Origin: the human T2T-CHM13v2.0 reference genome, Homo sapiens | Direction: 5' to 3' (one strand) | Assembly: GCF_009914755.1 (NCBI RefSeq) | Contig: NC_060928.1 | DNA length: 64,000 nt | In this document: piece after piece, positions 56,328-64,000 of the stretch | Layout: each line of letters starts with the position of its first letter | Position numbering within the stretch: position 1 is the stretch's first letter | Notes under the pieces: generated by a model | Told to the model about the DNA's origin: nothing | The model's database searches: none | The model's input: the letters and a program-made list of their open reading frames with translations, nothing else | Program-made: the position numbers and the translations under genes

Positions 56328-57567
56328 GCCTTACTGTCAGACAGACTTCTAGTAGATTTTTCTTTGAAATTTCTTAAACATAATGTAATCTACTATAGTA
56401 TTACTACCACCACACTAAGTTTGCTCTATTTTGGCAAATACTGTTAATTCAGGGGCAAATTTCAAAAATTAACTTTGAGTTGTCAGATCACCAATGTATT
56501 TAAAGTTAACATACAGGTTTGACACCACTGTTCCTGAGTAAATGAATAAGCCATGGTCCCTGAGCCACTATTGGCACTATAGGCTGTGACAAAAGCTTAC
56601 TGGTTAAAAGATTTAGAACTAGCCATGATTAACATTGCAGAAAGGCTTGACAATACTACCTACAATATGCTCCAAGACCCCAGATATATTTAGTTTCCTA
56701 AACTTTATAGGTTATGCAAGTGATGGAAGGCAGGAATCCAAATTGAGCTCAACCTCTGCTATGAAATAATTGTTTCATGTAACTTACTGAGGTGCTGTAC
56801 AATTGACACCTGTCAAGTAACAATTTTTACATTGGTTCCTTAGGGCACTCCAGCAACCTAAGGAATCACCTGTCATATTTTTCAGTACCTCCCCACGACA
56901 GAGTTTGACTGCCTACATAGACTAGAATTTCCAAATAGCTCATAAACCCAGTCCCTATTTTCTTTAGCTGAGAAAGATGCTTTATAATCTACACGTATAT
57001 TACTTTTGCAATTTACCTTTTGTACTATCATAATCACGAAGTTACAGCAATTTTGGGTCCTATCTTAGTGTCATTAATTAATAGTACGTTAATAAATTTT
57101 GTTTAATAATTCATTTTAAACAAGACAATTTTTCAAACATTTTCATTTAAATATGAGATTTAGTAACTCTTCTCAGTGAACCCTTCTCTTAAACAACCCA
57201 ACCATGGAACAATAACTGCTTACTATTACTAGGGAGGGTTGTCAAGGACTCAGAAGAAACTACAGATCTTCTGAGGAGTCCATAAGACCTCTGCAGAGGC
57301 CAGTAAATTAGGATAAAGGAAAGGAGATGCCAGTTGCACAAAGAAGACTTAACAAAGACATCTTTCAAAGCAGAAACTATTTATTTAAGCAATTTATGTG
57401 CTGAAGGTCAGTACTGCCTTTTGATAGGCAAGGCACTGAAGACAGCCCATAGCTCAGTGGAACCAAGTGACTACTTGGGCTTTTCTCCAGGTCAGTTCCA
57501 ATGGTGAGGGGACACCAAGCCACAGGCAAATAACCACAAAGGCCCGCAGGTTATGCTCTCCAGAGTT

Positions 57568-57655
57568 TGTTACGGGACGAACAGGTTTGTATGACCACTG
57601 CATACTAACATACCAATTAAACTGAGACAGCAGGGTTTGTAGCAGAGAAAGATAA
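57568..57655 (-). mobile_element. Short ERV1 LTR 3'-terminal fragment (family uncertain)
   Basis: TGTTACGGGACGAACAGGTTTGTATG...ACTGAGACAGCAGGGTTTGTAGCAGAGAAAGA resembles an antisense LTR terminus. Confidence 0.5.
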
Positions 57656-58317
57656 ATTGTACTTACCACTGAAACACATGTGCACTATTGTTGTGCACTT
57701 ATAATGATCTGTGTTTAATCTAGATACAGATGTCTGGAAAAGCTATGGCCATGGGAACTTTGACTCAAACTAGAAGCCGATACTCTCAGGGAAGTCCAGT
57801 GTTGGCTGGACTTTTCTAATCTGAACTAGAATTGTGGAAGTCAGAAGTAGTAAATTTATTCTCTCATAACAAACAATGCCAAATATTGGCGATTTTTTTT
57901 TAAATGATTTTGTCTTTATCACCCAAAGTACACTGTGGATTCAAGGTCCTCCATGTGATGACTCAGCACTGATCCTCCATATTAAAATGTTTCTTCAGCA
58001 CTGTTGACATAAAGGAAGAAAGTCAGTGAAGAGATGGGAACTGATGCTTACACTAGGAAGAGACACATGTCACTCCAGCACATATTTTGTTGTCCAGGGC
58101 AAGTTATATTGTCATATTTAACCAAGTGTCTGTGGTTGGGGGGGTAGTTTAATCTTCTCATGTTCTTGGAAATAGAATGGAACTGGATGTTAATGAATGT
58201 GAATACTGGTTCTTACTCTGTGGTTTTTGCTAACGAGTAAGCAAAACAAAAGGAAGTGTCCTAGATTTTACATAGTTTTTCCTAGTTTCCACAATAAATA
58301 AATAATAATAAAAGAGA

Positions 58318-58458
58318 GTATTATATATATATATACACACACACACTGTATATATATATAATAGATATATAGTATATATATATATATATATATAGTAGAT
58401 ATATAGTAGAGGTTCTATATACTATGTATATATATATGGTAGATACATATATAGTAGA
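58318..58458 (+). repeat. (TA)n-rich low-complexity tract
   Basis: Interrupted TA/CA/TAG repeats. Confidence 0.9.
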
Positions 58459-58477
58459 CTCAGTATTCACTTATTAC

Positions 58478-58680
58478 CAGTATTGTGTAATGGTTAAATG
58501 CAGGGCTCAGGACTCAAACTACATGGTTTGGAATACTGGATCTGAAACTTCTATATGACAAAGGCAAACTTTTTCATCAGTAAAATACAGTGTTCTTGTG
58601 AAAATTAAATGAGTCAATACATGTAAGTTCCTCAAGAATATTAAATATTAAATAAATATTGGCTATTACTATGATTATCT
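58478..58680 (+). mobile_element. MIR
   Basis: CAGTATTGTGTAATGGTTAAATGCAGGGCTCAGGACTCAAAC...TCATCAGTAAAAT...TTGTGAAAATTAAATGAGTCAATACATGTAAG. Confidence 0.85.
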
Positions 58681-59877
58681 TGTTTCCTTTTAGAATAAAG
58701 ATAAGGATTTCCATCCTTATATCAGTACTACAGAGTAGAAGTATTAACACATAAAATAATTTTAATAAATTTGTAATAAATAAATACATAAAATAATAGA
58801 TATACAATGTCTTTAATAAACAGCCTGTATTTAGCCCACTTTCTGATGCTAGGCAGCAGTGTAAGTTGAGGAAAACTGAGTTTCTGTTCCATTGTTCCTC
58901 TGTTTTATGAATCAAGTAACTTCTTGAAAATGTAAATCACTCTGATATACAAATGGAAGAAGGTACTTGACTGTTTTTTTTCTTTAACAAGATGCAGAGT
59001 TGACTGAAAATTTTTATTTTATTTTAAAAACCACATTATATTTTGATAGATATAAAGTTATCTGGGTCTTCTCAAAAGGAGAGAAATAAAATGTAAAGCA
59101 TTAAAAGTTGCTTCAGTTTGGAAGGGAGTTGCGATGGTCATTGTGATGCATTAGGAGTAGACAATATGTGAGAAAGGATGATGTGTTTTAGTATTAACAA
59201 AAAATGTTATAATTACCTTTGGATGTGTATAAGAGATGCTGCTAAGCTTAGAAAAAAATTAGAGAAGGAAAGAGAACATGGCTGAGGCTGCATGTTATGA
59301 ACTCAAAAAGATCCAGTCTTCTTAGCTGCTTATGACCAGGGATATGGCTCTCCACAGAGACGGGGGAAAGAGATGGCTGAAGCAAGCACAACGGCATTGC
59401 CGTGGCAAGGGATTACATAAGCCATTAGGACACCAGAGTTTGCAGTTGACCAAAACCAGCTATCAGTCAGTGATGAATGTTTTGCTGCTCCACTACTGCA
59501 GAGGACACTACAAACCAGTTCCCATGGTATCTATTTGAGTCTAGAACTGAAGACCTCAAGCAATTGTAATCAGAGAATAACTGAGATCAATAGTGTACCT
59601 AGAGGTGAGGAAGAGGACAGTGGACACAATATCTACAACTCAACATTTCCAGCTTAAACCAAAGTAATGAATTAGAGAAAGATAGGAAAGGAAACTAATT
59701 GAAAGGGAATAGGCTTTTGCAGGGCCAGAAAATATTTTCTCCAGAACTAAAATTATACCATGTATTACTACATACACACAAGGCTGATCCTATTGAAAAA
59801 CACAGTAAGACAATGATAAAATTAACATTGTTCAGCTTCTTTAATTTTCACTTTTCTTCTCAAGAAATATTGTACAT

Positions 59878-59970
59878 TACTGGCATGGTGGCTCAGGCCT
59901 GTAATTCCAACACTTTGGGAGGCCAAGGCAGGAGGATCACATGAGTCCAAGAGTTCAATACCAGCCTGGG
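59878..59970 (+). mobile_element. Alu left-monomer/FLAM fragment
   Basis: GGCATGGTGGCTCAGGCCTGTAATTCCAACACTTTGGGAGGCCAAGGCAGGAGGATCAC...CCAGCCTGGG. Confidence 0.9.
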
Positions 59971-61753
59971 TATTGAACTTAAGAATATAAATAAATTTAT
60001 TTAAATAAAATAAATACAGTATAATAAACTCCACTTTGACAGAATATAATTTTTTTGCTTTTAAATTTATATTCTTATGTGATATGTAATGATTATAAAG
60101 AAGGTGTTGCAATATTTTTCACATATTCAAAATCTTGACATTATTTTAGGCTATTGTGCCTACGTTACGTTAATATGCTATTACGTAATTAGTCATTATG
60201 AATATTAAACATGATATACATATTGACACTGTTCTATGTAAATTATTTTTGACTTCCTTTATATGATATCACTAAAAGAACTGCTATATCATCTAATATT
60301 TCTTAAATTTGTTTTAGTTTAAATATAAATGTGTTTCAATTATAAGCTAAGAATATACTTTCTACTAATAAAAAACAAATGATGTACGTCACCATTTTTT
60401 ATCTCTAGTAAAACAAAACAAAACAAAATCCCACTACACTATATTAGTTCATTCATTACAACTATAGAGTTTATATTTTTCCTTAATCATAATATAGGAA
60501 ATAATCATTTTGCTACCTTCTAATACTACATTTGTTTGAAAAAGATTGTGCTATAATTTAGTCTACTATTTTCCCTGGACGAATTCCAATTCAAGTAAAT
60601 TTCCAACTGCTAGCATAATGATTTTCTGACAACTTGCTCAATAGGAGTGCAGCTCCTACTAATAAACAAATATCACCTACATATAAGAAAAACATTCTGT
60701 TAAATGGAAAATACAGTAAGCTTGGATTATCATTGTTTCCACATACTTGCTTTATGCTTAAAAATGTATATTACCTGATTATTCCTAATTAAAAACTTTT
60801 AGTTTAAGTTGAAGAGTGCATGTAATAGCTTTTTGTTGCTAAATCATCATTTGTGCTGTAATATATAGATGGTAAACTGAGTGTAGGGGCTTGTTGTCTC
60901 GTTTTGGCCCCACAACAAACTGTCTATGTAACCTGTGACAAGATTCTTAACTTTGTGCCTTAATTTCCTTATTCGCTTCTGTAAAAATCTCATAAATAGT
61001 ATATAAAAATAGAAATTGGAAAGGGCCTTGGAAAATGAGAATGCAATGTATTATGACTTCTATTGATTTAGATATGGCATTGGGTAAAATTTATCACCTC
61101 TTCAATGAAGCATTTTCTGACTTGCTAAGAAGGAGCTAATTACTCTCTCTGTGCTTTATAAAAACATTTATCCTGTCATATAATTAAGCTACCTCTCCCC
61201 CCCACCACCATACACACACTTCACTGGACTGTCCTCAAGAGTTGTGGCTGTATGCCCAGCATCCTCTCTAGAAAAGAATATGAAGAGGGGAGGGAAAGGG
61301 AGGAAAAATGAAGGTGTCCTTTCTCAAGAACTTGGAAATCCTTTTTTTTTTTTCTATTAATAGCTTTCAAAATAATTTGAAAAAATAAACAAATACGTAT
61401 GACAAAACACATTAAAACAACTGAGTAATGGGTTCAGTATTCACACAAATTAGCACTGACTTTGTCAATGATTTTAGCCGTCAATTAATTGTAGATTAGC
61501 TGGTGTTCCTTTTTCCAGAGACACATACATATCTTTCTCCTGCTTACATGATTGATCTTATTTTATTTTTAAGCTTTATGCCATTGTTGCAGTATTTTTC
61601 TGTGTTTAATACCTTTCATAAAATAGTCTCTTTAATAAATACCACTTTCGTTAAGAATATGCAGGTAACACACCATCAAATATTATGGAAATATTAACTC
61701 TCAAAGCAAGAAAAAAAATGTTCCCTTCTTTCCATATGTAGAACTTTAAATAG

Positions 61754-62284
<531 letters not shown>

Positions 62285-64000
62285 TAAAAAGGTATTTTCT
62301 AATGTATGAATTTTAAAACTATTGTGGGGTAAATATCGTGGATGTGTTTGTTGGTATCCCACATAAATTCTTGCAGATTTTTTTCTCAGAGCACACACAG
62401 AAAATACTCATTTTTTTTCCATACTTGAAAATCATAAAATACATTTAGTATTCAATCAACCCTTTTGTGTGCGTTGATGCTGAGAATGGGGTTAACATAC
62501 AACTTTTAGTATAGACCTATAAGTTAAGATCAATTTTAGTTCTTTTCTCTATATTCCATTGGCTGTCAAAGGGTATTCTGTGAATGGGGGTGGGATGAAG
62601 TGGAAAGAGCATTCATTTTAATAGATTTGTTCCAAATGTTCTCTTTCTCAAGGTAATAAACTTCATTTTTCATATGTATACGTGAGTGTTCCAGAATTGC
62701 AAAGGGGAGTAAGTCAGGTAGCTCCTGAGACTGTTTTGATATATCCACTTCTTCTTAATGCCCCTTGCCCACCGTATATCAGTGCACTGTTATTCATTTT
62801 GTAGATAAATTTTATCTCACAAGGAGCTTCATTTAAATTGCAAATGAATGGGGATGTATAAGTGCAGAGGCTTGAGTTGTTTTCAAAATCAAGCAAAAAT
62901 TTGTAGTCTGAACCTTTTTAGATGCAGAATAGTTACAAAAGTATTGGCTTTGATATCTAAAGGGATAAAGACATTATTTGCATATTTTCATTCCTCAAAT
63001 ATTTATGAATTCTTCAACATGGAGCAGCACAGAGTTTGGCATTTCAGCTGATCTTAGAACATTAGACCTAGTAGAGATTTAGAGGTCATTTTTTCAATAG
63101 CTTAATGTGTTTGCACAACGTGATATTTTCTGCTATTCACAAGCAGAGATTTTATCTTTTAAAACTCTACATAAAATTGATATTGTTATTAATTCTTGCA
63201 AATGGCTAAACCCTTTAACAGTTGTTTAAAAGTAACACATTTTACCTAAAAGAATAAAGAATTCAAAAATAAATAGCTTGGGTTTAAATTTTTCACCCTG
63301 TCCCTCCCTAATTATGAGAAATAACAAAAACAATTCAAACCTCTCAGTCTCAGTCTTCTCAATTGCATAATGACAATAATGGATCCTTATATAATTCAAA
63401 AAGACAGATAAAAAATGTTAGCAGTAGCTCACTGGTTTCTCTATAGACCAGGTCCACGGAGCTCTTCACTGTGTCATACCAGAAGTTTTAGTAATTCATT
63501 ATTAAAATTAGAAACCTCTAAAGTAAAAGTTGTTTACAAAGGTAAAGATATTTGGTTGCAGAACCATATTTTATTATCTATCTTCCGTGTCTGCCTTCTA
63601 CATGATACAAGGCATGTATTGTGTAAACAATCATTGTCCAAATATGACATATGGTAATTTATAAGGATGTCATTATTTTATTTTGTCCAAATAGGTTAGA
63701 AGTACAAAGAAAGTTATATATCTTAATCTGTATAATATGAATGGTATTATATCAATAATAAATTCCTTCGGTTAGAAAATAAAAATTGGAAAATTAACAT
63801 TGAAGACATTGTTGATATCAAGCAACACAGAAACTGGCCTGGATGTGTGAAACTCAAAGATAATTAACATCAGTGAGAATATATTCTTCAACTGCACTCA
63901 GTTTTACAGCATGCCAAGTGATAAGCACTAAAATATGTAAAGGACTATTTTCCTGAAATGGGCAGATGAGCATTTTTCACACTGTCTTCAGCTACCTGTT

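Overview
AT-rich, CpG-poor primate genomic DNA (AluY elements indicate a catarrhine, plausibly human or great ape). It looks intergenic or deep intronic. I find no credible protein-coding exon, RNA gene, CpG island or CRISPR array; the listed ORFs are short and either chance or repeat-derived. Much of the window is decayed transposable elements: Alu (J, S, Y), MIR, L2, old L1M, MaLR LTRs (THE1, MST, MLT1), ERVL LTRs and an internal remnant, ERV1 LTRs (LTR28-, LTR27-, LTR9-like) and DNA transposons, plus microsatellites. Subfamily names come from recalled consensus sequences and need RepeatMasker/Dfam confirmation. The most notable structure is a 249-bp segment present twice, 2671 bp apart (6 mismatches), with one copy pasted into a TSD-flanked LTR28-like solo LTR; this looks like a locally templated repair insertion. 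Other oddities are a 5'-inverted (twin-priming) L1MA, a three-armed AluY inside one TSD pair, and a young Alu arm with a cluster of non-CpG substitutions. I do not see evidence for a new biological system.
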